Positions 1 through 12,692 are shown, numbered from the whole stretch's first letter. The stretch: 56,526 bases of DNA, filler included, from Squatina squatina (GCA_031763465.1; 4 parts of 4 records of this genome joined end to end with filler, not necessarily neighbours in it); one strand, 5' to 3'. Notes: generated by a model not told the origin, from the sequence alone. Numbers and translations: made by a program.

Positions 1-420
1 GCTGTAGTGGAACAGCTTGGCTAGAGGCGCAGCTAGTTCTGGAGCACAAGTCTTCAGCACTATAGCCGGGATGTTGTCGGGGCCCATAGCCATTGCTGTA
101 TTCAGTGGGCTTAGCCGTTTCTTGATATCACGTGGAGTGAATCGAATTGGCTGAAGACCAGATACTGTGATGGTGGAGACCTCAGGAGAAGGCTGAGATG
201 GATTATCCACTCTGCCATTCTGGCTGAAGATGGTTACAAACACTTCAGCCTTGTCTTTTGCACTCGCGTGCTGGGCTCTGCCACCATTGAGGATGGGGAT
301 GTTCATGGAGCCTCCTCCTCCCGTTACTTGTTTAAATGTCCAGCTCCATTCATGACTGGATGTGACAGTACTACAGAGCTTTGGTCGGATCCGTTGGTTG
401 TGGAACCGCTCAGCTCTGTT
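1..420 (-). mobile_element. LINE ORF2 fragment (region just upstream of the RT domain; CR1/L2-related, common in sharks)
   Basis: Minus strand reads roughly NQRIRPKLCSTVTSSHEWSWTFKQVTGGGGSMNIPILNGG...SAKDKAEVF...IRFTPRDIKKRLSPLNTAMAMGPDNIPAIVLKTCAPELAAPLAKLFHYS. The GPDxIPxxVLK motif is typical of non-LTR ORF2. Confidence 0.8.
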
Positions 421-2013
421 TAAATTTAATGTTCACCATTAAACTTTACTGACACCCGAGTGACAAGACTGATTTGAATACAATAAACTGGTAATCTTTT
501 GATGTTTAGTAGTTTAATCCAGTGTTCATATGCCATTTTTTCTTGCTGGCAAATAAAGATGTCCAACATAATCCAAGGCACCATTTTATTTATTATGTGT
601 AAGTAATCTGGTCTGTTTATTGACAAAATCTAGTTTTTGCCACTCAGCCAATGATAGAATGCTTCTGTGACATTATTACTGCAGGCTTTTCACATCCACA
701 CAGCTTTCAACCTCCACAAGGACTGTACCCCTCCCCCTGCCCCTCAGTCTCTTGGGTTTATCATACCTCACAGCTAGATCAGAGCCCAAAGCAAACTGAG
801 GATAAATAAGTCAAACTGTCAGCGGGGGCTGTTTTCTGTGTCAATAAATAGCAGTGCTCTCACAAAAAAGTGTTCACACAGCTTCTAACCACAACTTACT
901 CTGAACTGGGACAATACAAGACATACCGAATTACACAGAGGCAAGTCAAAGTCATTAGTGCCATTATCACTCAACATATCATTAATTTAAATAGGATTTT
1001 AAATTATGAGCCCCCATACTAAATTCCTGTAGCATATTGATAAACCAAACCACATGAAAGGGCTAAGAACAATAATAGGTTCAATGTAAGTATTTCACCG
1101 TTCAAAGTATTGTTGGTATCTGGTACATGACTGGTGGTAAAGCAGAAAGGCCTATGCTGCAGTACTGCTACGATTTATGACATGGCCATGGTATACTTCA
1201 GCGATCAGATTGAACTCCAAATTGCCTAAAAATCCATCGATTCCGCCATCCATTATAGACATAAACAAATAAAACCACACAACTCTTTTCAAACTGTTTG
1301 GGATACTTCCCCACACAACATGTGATTAGCATGTACACACCCAACAACAAAGAAGCTGCAACTGGAAAAACCATTCCACAGAACATCAACAGCTTAACAA
1401 GAGCAATTTTCATTCTGCCCAAGTTAGATTCAAACACATCACCAAGTCTCGGCCCGGCCATACTGCAACAGGCAGGCTTCTAATTGTCCCAGGTTTTACA
1501 ATGTAGGATATCGAAAACTAAGTAATGTTCTGTTTCCTTTTACTGCAACACTTGCATCCATCTGAATTCCCTTCATTTACAGGGCTCCAGGGAAATTCTC
1601 ACTTAATTATCAGTCCTGCTATATAATTGTTAACCAATCAACATTGGTGGAGTTTAGATTGCACTGTATCAAGGTTGTATGGATCAGTTTCAGGCAGATG
1701 TTACAGATTAAAAAGACAGGTCAACAATTCAGAACTAAAAACTGCTTCATAGTGAATATATTTGGTGCAGCAAACTGCTACGTCACTCTAGCCCTGCCAA
1801 ATAGAATTTAAAAATTCACAAGATTTCCACTGTTTTCATTATTAGAAGATAGCTTCAAGATATTCTACTTATTTCATTAAATTAATTTTTGAGTAAGTGC
1901 ACAAATGAAGATTNNNNNNNNNNNNNNNNNNNNNNNNNNNNNNNNNNNNNNNNNNNNNNNNNNNNNNNNNNNNNNNNNNNNNNNNNNNNNNNNNNNNNNN
2001 NNNNNNNNNNNNN

Positions 2014-2412
2014 ATCCCAAAGAGCTTTACAGCCAACGAAGTACTTTTTGAAGTGCAGTTGCTGTTGTAATGTAAGAAATGTGGCAGCCAATTTGCGCAC
2101 AGCAAGCTCCCAAAAATGAACAGATCATCTGTTTTACTGATGTTGATTGAGAGATTAAATATTAGCCAGGTGACCGAGGATAAATACTCTGCTCTTGTTC
2201 GAAATAGTGCCATGGGATCTTTTACACCCACCTGAGAGCAGACGGGGCCTCGGTTTAACATCTCGCCCAAAAGACGGCACTTCTGATAGTGCAGCACTCC
2301 CTCAGTGCTGCCCTGGAGTGTCAGCCCAGAATTTTGTGCTCAAGCCTCGGGTGGGACTTGAACCCACCTTCTGACTCTGAGGCGAGAATGCTACCAACTG
2401 AGACTACACAGC
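2014..2412 (-). mobile_element. tRNA-derived DeuSINE (SacSINE1-like), near full length
   Basis: Minus strand has a tRNA-like head (CTCAGTTGGTAG...GGTTCAAGTCCC), the Deu-domain core GTGCTGCACTATCAGAAGTGCCGTCTTTTGGGCGAGATGTTAAACCGAGGCCCCGTCTG, and an L2-type tail GGCTGTAAAGCTCTTTGGGAT. Confidence 0.8.
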
Positions 2413-4334
2413 TAACACAGCACCAAAATCACTGTACTGTCCTTCAACACCTGAAAAGGAATACCAATCTATGCAATATGTTAAAAATGTTGTGTATGCA
2501 TTCACTACCTGTCATCTATTTCCATTATAAATTCTGAAGTTCACATTTATATGTGGAAACTGCCGATGTAAACTTCTCAATTTACAATTACATCCTCCTG
2601 CTTGTGGTGGCGTGACAGCGCAGTGCCTCAGTTTTGCGTCTCCCTGGTCCTCTGCATGTACTGCCGAGCAACGCCTATCTTCCCTCCAACTCTACTTCGC
2701 CGCTGACCAAATTGCCGTTTAGTTTTGCTACTTGCTATAAATAGTATTATCAAATCCATGTATTGTTTAAAAATAAGGACAGAATGTATGACTTCAAAAC
2801 CATGCCTGCCTGTTCCAATTATTCCCGCCCACTAATCCAGGTTCACCTGAAGACTAACTACGCTTGGTCTTGACTCTGCATATGCAATGCTATTGGAGAT
2901 CAACTAGTGTAAGTAAAAAGGGGTAAACTTTACTGTGATTTGCCTTGATTATCAAATTCAAAACAAAAATTCTGCATCGTTGGTCAGTTATGATAAATCA
3001 GCATATGGTAGAAAACATTGGTACAGCATCAAAAAATTCATCTGCAAGTACAGCTTAAAATCTTCAATGAAAACATAAATAGTCATGAAGGATAAAAGAT
3101 AGATGATGATGCATGATTTTACAGCTGTTCACAGAAAATCAACAAATCAATAGACCTTCTCCCACAGATGCAGTCGTGGCAGTGGCTAGACATCAGTGTT
3201 CTTGGCAATTTGTAAGTAGTACAGTTTAATGAGCTATATTGCTGAAGCTGTTGCAAATGTTTCAAAACAGTCAGATACCCGAGTCTCGTTTTTTGAAATT
3301 TACTGAATTCAGATTTTGTAAGAGAAATAATTATATATTGCCTCATTTACCATTTCTTGCTTTTCGTGTAGATTTGACCGCTGCTATTCAGCAAAGCAGC
3401 CAGGCAGCTCGGAGAAAAAAAATTAATAATTAATTTGTCTCAGGCTAAATGGTAATTCAGCTATTGTGTCAAATATTTTGTTTTGTGATGTAATGCACCA
3501 AATCGTTGCAGAGCAGCTTCAGCAGCAATAAAATATATATTTTTTTGAGCAGTTGTCCAGTGAAAACTGACATTTGAAATTTTGAATTGAAAGTAGCTAT
3601 CCTATTTCAGGTCTAATTTGAAACCACTAAATATACTTTCGAGGAAAGCAACAGGAATGCATCCATAATTGCATAGCTGAAAATTTTTTTGGTGATTCCA
3701 TACACTTTTCATGTATTCTGTCGAATGGTCAAAACTCAGTCGTTTCTCAATGACTGAATTTTAAGTGCTGCAAAGAATATTCCATTCTCAGCTTTTAAAA
3801 CTGGAAATGCATAGTCTTTGTGTTTCCATGCCCATTTTAACACATGACAAGTGCTGTACCTTGCGCGCACTGGGGAGATGGCAAGCAGAAGTCAGGTACA
3901 TCTCCATGAGATGTTTTGTGCACCACCTGGTGATTGCACAGCAGCAGGTGCATGCTAAGATGTCTCCGGCAAAAGATTTGTTGTACTCATCCTGAGGAGG
4001 AGCTTGAAGTTCTACTTCACAGATGGTAAATATACTGGTTGCTACAAAATCACCAGTTGTTCTTGCCCAAGTTTCTCAATAATTCTACTTCTACACATTG
4101 TTTTATGCTGCGTTAACAATGACCTGAGTCGGGCGTGGGATGTTTGTATCACTTTGGGAATACTCCATGCTGTGCCCTTTTTAAAATTCTCCACAGCAAT
4201 CTAAGGGAAGTGGACATGCATGACAGGCAAGGTGATTTGACACTTTCAGCATTCACTATCACATTTCTTTTTTGGCTGGAAAGGAAACAAAGAAATAGTG
4301 AAATAGCAGGTTGAAGAAGAAAAAAATAACTCAT

Positions 4335-4400
4335 ATTTACATCCTTAGGGCATCCCAAAACACTTTACAGCCAATTAATTACTTTTGAAGTGTAGTTACT
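4335..4400 (-). mobile_element. DeuSINE 3' tail fragment
   Basis: catcccaaaacactttacagccaattaattacttttgaagtgtagttact matches 2014-2065. Confidence 0.65.
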
Positions 4401-6811
4401 AAGGCACTGTTCTGACACATTCACATGTCAAATAATATATCAAACTGCATTGGACTAGAAGTAGTCTGTAACTATAAGCTATGTATNNNNNNNNNNGAGT
4501 TAGAGGTAGCAGAAGTCAACCCAAAGCAGAGTTGTTGGATGATTCATGTGTGTAGGGCAATAGGTTACTTGTTACACTGGAATTCAAACCTGCTGAAGGA
4601 ATTAGGTCACAGTGGATTTAAGACAATATCAGTTAACAGGCTCCTTTCTTTATCTTGGCTGTCATGATTTATCAGAGATTTTCAGCAATCAGTGCTGACA
4701 TTTAAAAGATACGCCGTCTTAACTCAAGGCAACCCAGGTGGTTCCACCACCTATGGCTACATTCTTCCTGAGGGCTGAGTGCCATATGTTTAGGGTTGTG
4801 GATGGCTTGTACTAATTCCTCTGCATTTAGCTTTGCATTGTGTTAGTCAATCTTTATTCAGAAACAACAAGGGAAATACCTCAGGTTATTGAAGTACAAT
4901 AGATTGTTTTCTCAGTTTATAATTCCACAGCTAAAGGTCACAGCCATATTTGTCAGTTCGTTGAGTCAATGTGTTTTTTTAAAACGCTGTTTAAACAAAT
5001 AATTTATTTGTTCACCCAGAATAATATTCTGAATTGAAGTGACCTCTTTTAAACAGTATTGCAATGCTGCAGCTATGGATGATTTGAACTGGCTGAATAT
5101 TCTGTTGTACTCAACATGAAGTCAATCATCATTGTGGGTGTAAAATATCTTAATGTCATCTATTGCTGCCAGCAAAAAAGAAGCAGTACTATTTTTCACT
5201 TCAACACAGAGCACGTTTAATTTAATGATTGCTCAGTGTCTCGTAATCCAAGCTCACAATGACTATGGTCACCTTACCGGTTCAATCAAATAACCTTTAA
5301 GGTCTTTTATCTATACGACTACAATAAACTGTGTCTCTTAATTACATTTTAATAAAAATGGGCAGCAGTCTTTGTGTTTTATATCGTAGGAGGGCAGCTG
5401 ACGTGAGGTACACAGATCTCCCTGTATTCGCTGCACTCCATGGTAAAAACGGCCCCCTGCTCAGTAACTGAGGACAACGCGGACCTACAAATGTGCGGTC
5501 AGATTAAGCAGATGGCTTCAGGAAAGAGAAAGTGGGGAGCTGCTCGCCCACATTTTCACAGCTACAGCAGATTAAAAGAGGGGACAGTGATGGATGGAGG
5601 GCGATCTCCCTGGACAAAAGTAAAAAAAGACAATATAAAGGCACCTTAGCCTGGCTGCTGTGTGATGCTTTAAAGCCTAAAGGTAGGTTTCTGCCACTGA
5701 ATTATTCGCTACACTAAGTACCCATGGAATTCATCCTGGACTGAGTTTGAAAATGTGACAAAAATTCAAACAAAGTAGAGTTTAATGCTTAGTGCAGTAT
5801 TGTGATCCAATATCACCATCATGTTTAGGAATTTGTTTTGGATATATTTTTGACACCACTTGGAAAAAAGTAATGGCAGAATTAAAACAAAAAAGGAATT
5901 TGGACACAAAATAAATATAGCTGACCTTCACAGATTGAAGAATTGGGCCTGTCACGCTGACGGCATAGATGCCCCACCACCGGTGGCACAGGGGCCAGCG
6001 CTCGACATCATAACATCGCGCGCCTGCCCAGCCGCCGGTGGCGCAGGGGCCGGCATGCGCCCGCAATCTCCCTGTACGTCGCGGGGGCGCCGCCTCCAGT
6101 ATNNNNNNNNNNNNNNNNNNNNNNNNNNNNNNNNNNNNNNNNNNNNNNNNNNNNNNNNNNNNNNNNNNNNNNNNNNNNNNNNNNNNNNNNNNNNNNNNNN
6201 NNNNNNNNNNNNNNNNNNNNNNNNNNNNNNNNNNNNNNNNNNNNNNNNNNNNNNNNNNNNNNNNNNNNNNNNNNNNNNNNNNNNNNNNNNNNNNNNNNNN
6301 NNNNNNNNNNNNNNNNNNNNNNNNNNNNNNNNNNNNNNNNNNNNNNNNNNNNNNNNNNNNNNNNNNNNNNNNNNNNNNNNNNNNNNNNNNNNNNNNNNNN
6401 NNNNNNNNNNNNNNNNNNNNNNNNNNNNNNNNNNNNNNNNNNNNNNNNNNNNNNNNNNNNNNNNNNNNNNNNNNNNNNNNNNNNNNNNNNNNNNNNNNNN
6501 NNNNNNNNNNNNNNNNNNNNNNNNNNNNNNNNNNNNNNNNNNNNNNNNNNNNNNNNNNNNNNNNNNNNNNNNNNNNNNNNNNNNNNNNNNNNNNNNNNNN
6601 NNNNNNNNNNNNNNNNNNNNNNNNNNNNNNNNNNNNNNNNNNNNNNNNNNNNNNNNNNNNNNNNNNNNNNNNNNNNNNNNNNNNNNNNNNNNNNNNNNNN
6701 NNNNNNNNNNNNNNNNNNNNNNNNNNNNNNNNNNNNNNNNNNNNNNNNNNNNNNNNNNNNNNNNNNNNNNNNNNNNNNNNNNNNNNNNNNNNNNNNNNNN
6801 NNNNNNNNNNN

Positions 6812-6945
6812 ACTCATGCTACATTACCCCTCCCCATTGGTTGAAGGGGAACATGGCAACCGAAGGCACTCATGCTACATTACCCCTCCCCATTGGCTGA
6901 AGGGGAACATGGCAACCGAAGGCACTCAAGTTACATTCGCCCTCT
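6812..6945. repeat. Minisatellite with a 56-bp unit (2 full copies plus a partial), running out of a ~710-N gap
   Basis: Unit ACTCATGCTACATTACCCCTCCCCATTGG(T/C)TGAAGGGGAACATGGCAACCGAAGGC at 6812 and 6868, then a degenerate third start. Confidence 0.9.
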
Positions 6946-7164
6946 CCAATTCAAAATTCTGCACATTTTCAGAAATTTACTCCTACACAGGTTTTTCTTA
7001 ACAAAGTGGAAAACAACACATCAGCATTCACCAGACAAGCCACTTGTGTTACATATATGAAGGGACACTGATGAAGTGTTGCCCTCCTGGTTATTACTGG
7101 ATAATCTCTGATGAACATCAGGCACTGAGGAGCTTTGTTTGATGTCAGTACATCTGGGACTCAC

Positions 7165-7207
7165 TGTGTCGGCCTGTAACCGCCTTCAGAACCTGATGAG
7201 CGCAATA
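7165..7207 (-). CDS. Candidate 43-nt internal exon, unassigned
   Basis: Acceptor tgtcttctgttcttcag| and donor |gtgagt. Two frames are open (YCAHQVLKAVTGRH or LRSSGSEGGYRPT). No homology recognised. Confidence 0.25.
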
Positions 7208-8494
7208 CTGAAGAACAGAAGACAAATGGTATTTACAGAAAATTCCTGCACTTGCAAAGGGGCAAAATAAAAGAGAATACACAGAATCAGAAGAATCAGA
7301 AGACAGAAAAATCAAAAGTAAGGAAGTGAGAGTAAAATAAACTTGAGAAAAGCCAACTTGTAAATTTCGGTTGGTGTAGAAAAGAAAGGAACAACCTAGA
7401 ACTGGAACATTTAGCCTCAGTTACTACACAGACATTTTACAAGCTGTAGTAACATTGTTGAAAAAGGGGGAACTTCCAAACTGCTGGTCAAACATGTGGA
7501 TGTAACCAACTGTTTCACAGCCAGATGCTAACAGAACTTAAAACACACAGTAAAACAATGAGTGTGAATAAGCACACTAACATGTTTATTTAGTTTACTA
7601 AGAAAATGCTTTGAGGTATTTATATTTTAAAGGAAAATGTATCCATTCCCAAGCTTTGTAACTTTCTCAAGTCAGGTTCTAGCTTAACCCATTCACTGGC
7701 AGTGTTCCTAGCACTGCTTGGGTGTTCTAACTGTCAGCAGCTTATTGATCAAGGCTGGTGTTAATTTGCGATGATAAGTTTGAAGAAATGGTACTGACAT
7801 TCAGATTTGGTTGCATGCACTGTTATTGACCGATGAGGTATTCCTGCTTTAAAACTAGAAGCTTTATCAGTCTCAAAAAAAAGACATAGATTAACGTTGC
7901 ATTCACACAACAAATTTAGTGTCAGTATGAAGCTATTTGTAAACAAGTGTTGAGGCCCCAGAACACTCTAAAGTGAAGCAGTGTGAGATCAATTCATCCA
8001 GTTTGCACCCTGACGCCATATTTGGACTGTATTTACACAAAACCAGAGTTGGTGAAGAGAGAAAACACTTTGCACCAAAACTACAGTTCTCGTTCAGTAT
8101 AGCATTACATTCTGTCTCTCAGCTCATTAACCCCAACAAAATGATGTACCTCCTATACCCTAAAAGATTAAGTGCGCCAATTTGTGTTTCGGGCGTTTCC
8201 AGCACTAGGCACCGAATTTAGTGCTGGAAGTGGGACTCTTTGAAAATTTTTCCTAAAGGCTGCAATTAGCCCCTCTGATGAGAAACACTAATTCAGCTTG
8301 CAAAAACATGCTAATGTGAGCGTTAAAGGGCCTATACATATGCCTCCATTTCGTGTCCACTTCCAGTAATGGAAGTGCTCATTTGGCTTAAGTGNNNNNN
8401 NNNNNNNNNNNNNNNNNNNNNNNNNNNNNNNNNNNNNNNNNNNNNNNNNNNNNNNNNNNNNNNNNNNNNNNNNNNNNNNNNNNNNNNNNNNNNN

Positions 8495-9111
8495 CTGTTA
8501 GACTTACCGCCTCGCTCTCTTGCGCCCCGTAATTCGTGGCGTCCTCTGATGTGCAGCGCCCCGTTAGTGCCCTGGATGTGACAGTCGTTCCCGCTCCCTG
8601 CAGCATGGCCGACAGTCAACAATGGGCGATGTCACCTCGCCTGGCCGCTTGGGGAGCGATATTTGAAGGCACTGGTGGTCAGGTAAGGCAAACTTTAGTA
8701 CTCGCATCACTCTGTGGTCTTCTGATTGCTTTTGACCCCACAATTCCTCAGCCCTGCACTCTCTTAGAGTGCTTGGGGCTGTTATACACGTAATGCAGGT
8801 ATCCCATGGTCTCACAGACAGAGCATTAAGATTGAATCAACCCATTATTGGCCCTTCCCTTTCAGCGAGGGAAGGAACCTCTAAAGATGGCAGCGCTGCA
8901 CTGCACATTCTTCAGCGTTCTGCCGCTACCGCCCCCCTCACACATTTTAGTTCGCTAAGGGAAGTCGTGGCGTTTGGTTTTGTGCTCCAATTCCCTCTTG
9001 GAGCGCTAAAGCTGAAGTTCCCAAGAGCAGCAAATTTTTTTCGCCTAGCAATACTTCTGCGACTATTCAAAAGTTACCACCCCAAATGGGGCGCTATGCA
9101 ATTTCTAGCCC
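8495..9111. mobile_element. GC/CpG-rich non-autonomous DNA transposon (MITE-like) end
   Basis: Abrupt GC/CpG-rich block with recurrent GCGC/CGCTAA words, ending in CAATTTCTAGCCC, a terminal-type motif seen at several other sites in the window. Confidence 0.45.
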
Positions 9112-9611
9112 AAAGTTTTCCCTCATTTACTGTTCTTTCTCTCTCCCTTGTCTTCGTTTCCCCTAACCTGCGGGCAGCGGGGGAGAGGATGAAATGCATT
9201 CCCAAGCTTTCACTACCATCACCTTGAACTGGTCACTTGTTGCTCTATGACTGGGATTCGGGTTAATTCCATTTTCCCTCACTCTTTGTGTCCATTAGCC
9301 ATTTCTTTCTTCTGCCCCAGCTGAAGTTCAGAATTCAACATGTGGGGAGCTGTCTTTCTTTAAACATGTTTCAGGTACTTCATATATTAATTGCCCTTCC
9401 AGACATAGAACATTTCTACAGACTGCAATATTTATGACCTTATTTGGATCCTGTCTGTTTCAGTATGGACACATTTACTCGAAGCTACTTTACAAGCAGA
9501 AAAATAGCTAAGACATTCAGAACACTGTGTTCAGAAGACAGATCCTTACAGTTACTTCTCAAAACAATTATTTTATTTATGTTCAAATGAATAAAGAGAA
9601 ACTCAAATTAC

Positions 9612-9786
9612 CATTGAAAATGTCAGTCACATCATTACTGCAAATAAGCTTCATAAAATAATAGTAGAAGATGAAACCATCTACAATCTGTAACGTGTAT
9701 CTCAGAGACTTGCAGGAGGCTTTAACATTCTCTGACAGCGATTTGTCAGTTTGCTGAGTGAAACAATATTGAATAAGATTTTGAAT
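9612..9786 (-). CDS. Candidate 175-nt internal coding exon (phase 0 to 1), unassigned
   Basis: Strong acceptor ttgcttttcttttcctcttatttag| and donor AATG|gtaatt. The frame is fully open despite AT-richness: IQNLIQYCFTQQTDKSLSENVKASCKSLRYTLQIVDGFIFYYYFMKLICSNDVTDIFN. Confidence 0.45.
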
Positions 9787-10912
9787 CTAAATAAGAGGAA
9801 AAGAAAAGCAATTATTGGAATTCAGACAAATGTTAGGCCTCCAGTTATACATTCCTGGAGATATTAATGTTTTAGGACAATCTGTGTGGAATTGGAAGGC
9901 AGCACTAGATTTTTTTTCAAAATCACTTCCTTTGCTGAGCGCGCGTAGTTTTGTCACCTCCAGATTTCCGATAGTTTTCAGTTCCCAAGGACCACCCCAG
10001 ACACACTGCCACCTTTATCAGGCCCCGCCTTAGTCTGGCACATTCAATCCGATTCTAAGGTTAAGATTAAGGAGACACAGGAAAAGCAATCAGATATCCG
10101 TTCAGAGTGTTAATAGTTAGATTGGCAGCGTGTGATTAAATGGGTGGCCTTTCTAACCTGTTGCATTGTTTTCCCTTTCTACATGGTATCGACTTCCANN
10201 NNNNNNNNNNNNNNNNNNNNNNNNNNNNNNNNNNNNNNNNNNNNNNNNNNNNNNNNNNNNNNNNNNNNNNNNNNNNNNNNNNNNNNNNNNNNNNNNNNAA
10301 TCATCACAGCAGTAATGGAACAATGTTAGTTGCCCATGCACTTCCTTCCTACTGATTTAATAGCCTTTGCGGGGTGCTTAACAGTAATGTGTAAACCAGT
10401 GCTCTGTGAATGGTTTCAAAATGGTTTACGATATCAACATATAGCAACAGTGCAGGGATATATTTTTCCCTATAGGCTTAAACATTTATGTATTGCTTAA
10501 TTACTTTGCATTTCCTAAGTCAGCATTCTTTCTCTATCATGGTTTTATTGTTACTGCTGTATTTGCTATTGGATCTGATGGCGAGAGCTCTTTATTAAGG
10601 ATTCTACGTAGCAGTGTGAGTAGGCAAAGGACCCTGTCAACACAGATTTTGCTGACTTGCTAAAAGTCTGGATTTTAAATTATTGTACAAAGAGTTGAAT
10701 ATTTTACCCTTGATTTCATAAGGTACGAGAAATAACAAGGACATGGAACTAGGGTAGATTGCTCCAGAGTAGAGCTGGCACTGCCAGCTGCAGCTGGGCG
10801 GAATGGCAGCCTCCAGTACTGAAATTATTAAGATTCTAACTTGCAGAAAACCATATATTAGCACCTTAGTAAAATAATCAGTGATTATTCACATAATCTT
10901 TGTATTTTTTTT

Positions 10913-11013
10913 ATTTCCTACATTACAACATACAACAGTGACTACACTTCAAAAGTACCTTATAGGCTGTAAAGCGCTTTAAGATGGTGCTATATAAATG
11001 CAAGTCTTTCTTT
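10913..11013 (+). mobile_element. DeuSINE 3' tail fragment
   Basis: tttcctacattacaac...agtgactacacttcaaaagtac...ggctgtaaagcgcttt...gctatataaatgcaagtctttcttt. Confidence 0.7.
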
Positions 11014-12692
11014 AACTCCCGGCAGATGTCGTGCGGGTTCGCGCAGAGGCAGACAAGAAACTATCCATCCCTTTGCAGCATGAGGCTCAGACAATATAAA
11101 CTGATTTGTCTGAGCCCTGTCAGTCTCACATCCACACCCCGCAAAAAGCATTAACTGACTGCCTCCAGGGACCGCAAAGAACCATCCCCGGTAAATGATT
11201 AGGAAGGCGACAGGAAGACCTCGCAGTCGGAAGAGGGGGAGTGATGCCCGGAGCGGGGAAGACCTGAGTTTTCCTTATAGGGCCCAAAGGCACAGTCTTG
11301 CTTCTCCTGCTCACATGGAAACAATTTTTTTTTTTTTAAACGCTAACTTTCCTTTCTGGGCCTTTTCGAACCCNNNNNNNNNNNNNNNNNNNNNNNNNNN
11401 NNNNNNNNNNNNNNNNNNNNNNNNNNNNNNNNNNNNNNNNNNNNNNNNNNNNNNNNNNNNNNNNNNNNNNNNNAGTCAATGATTATTCTATTAATGGGAG
11501 AAAAAAAAATTGGGCAAAGGCATTGCCAAACGTAATGTTACAATGATATCTATCGACCAGAAAGTTGCAAAAATGATCTCAGCAGTTGGGGAGCTTCAAT
11601 TGGCTGCAATCCCATGAAACAGGTAGAGGAAGGATATTAACCAGCATTGCTGCTCTTGATGACTATCAGTTGGCCACTTCTGGGCGCTCCATTTGTGTGG
11701 GCTTTTGATGAGGATGGAGTCAACTGTGATGCCACTATGATTGAACAGTCTGTCAATCACTGGCTAGACTCTCACATGAAGAATGACCACATGAATGAGA
11801 AGCAGAAGTGGCTGAGCCTGTAGTATTGTAACCAGTAGCAGCCAACAGCTCCAGTATATTAGGGGAGTGGGTGGGGGGTGGGGCGGTGGCATTGGCAAAG
11901 AAAGCTGAGGATAACTGTATAGAAACTCGTAACACTATGAGTGCTTTTCTGTGGGAAAATTTTGAAAGAAAACAAAAACTCTCAACTTTTTGTTAAACTT
12001 GATGTCAATTATTTGGAAAATTCGACTTCACATGTTTGACGTATTTAATTCCTGGACTTAACAGTTTTGCATTCCTAGTGGGAACCTTGCTTGGGTTCCT
12101 GGCAGTAACTATAACTTCTGAAGCAGGCACAGCCCGGGACTATGCAGGACCACAGCTTGTTTAGTTCTAGACAGGCGTCTGCCCACACTCTCACCCACAA
12201 GTAACCCTGACACAGACATACTGTTCTTTGGTAGAGGAGTGTCTCATTACCACAATAACATGGATTGGATGTTTTAATGGGCCTGGGCTACATTAGAGGA
12301 GCCCGAGTCGAAAAAAAAAACTATTTTATTTGAACCATCTTTCTATGAAATGGCATCATTACACCGTGAGCTCAGGGATTAGTGTTATTACTAATGAAAC
12401 TAGAGGCCAAACGGAGATTCACCTGCTCAGTGATTTAATTGCTTTGATCTAGGTTTGCCTTTCTACCCAAGGGGATTTGAGCTTTGATGTTCAGTTGGGT
12501 TTCGATTTCAAGGTCATGAGGTTTATAGCCAAATCTAATTGCATTGCTGGAGCTGCATTGCTTCACTAGCACTGTTTCCAGACAAACAATGTGACCACGA
12601 ACCAACAGAAATTTACCCATAGCTCAGGATCAAACATTACAGCCTTTATTCACTTGCCTTTTATTACAAAATCTGGGGATTGCTTACTGATA

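Noticed and set aside
1198-1461. 87-aa minus-strand ORF with a hydrophobic stretch
   Set aside because: No recognisable homology, and T-rich composition can produce such stretches. It is not excluded but is unsupported.
2335-2410. tRNA gene
   Set aside because: The A/B-box-like motifs belong to a SINE head and continue into the Deu domain; no complete cloverleaf is present.
3860-3991. Possible 132-nt minus-strand exon (DEYNKSFAGDILACTCCC...)
   Set aside because: Weak acceptor tract and donor (gtacag), and the peptide resembles no known family.
5860-6900. 346, 269 and 268 aa ORFs, and likewise those at 24005-24667 and 35902-36522
   Set aside because: Almost entirely X residues read through N gaps.
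7060-8290. Other CTGATGA words (~7068, ~7108, ~7193, ~8275) as hammerhead cores
   Set aside because: None is followed by a stem II plus GAAA and a cleavage triplet in the correct geometry.
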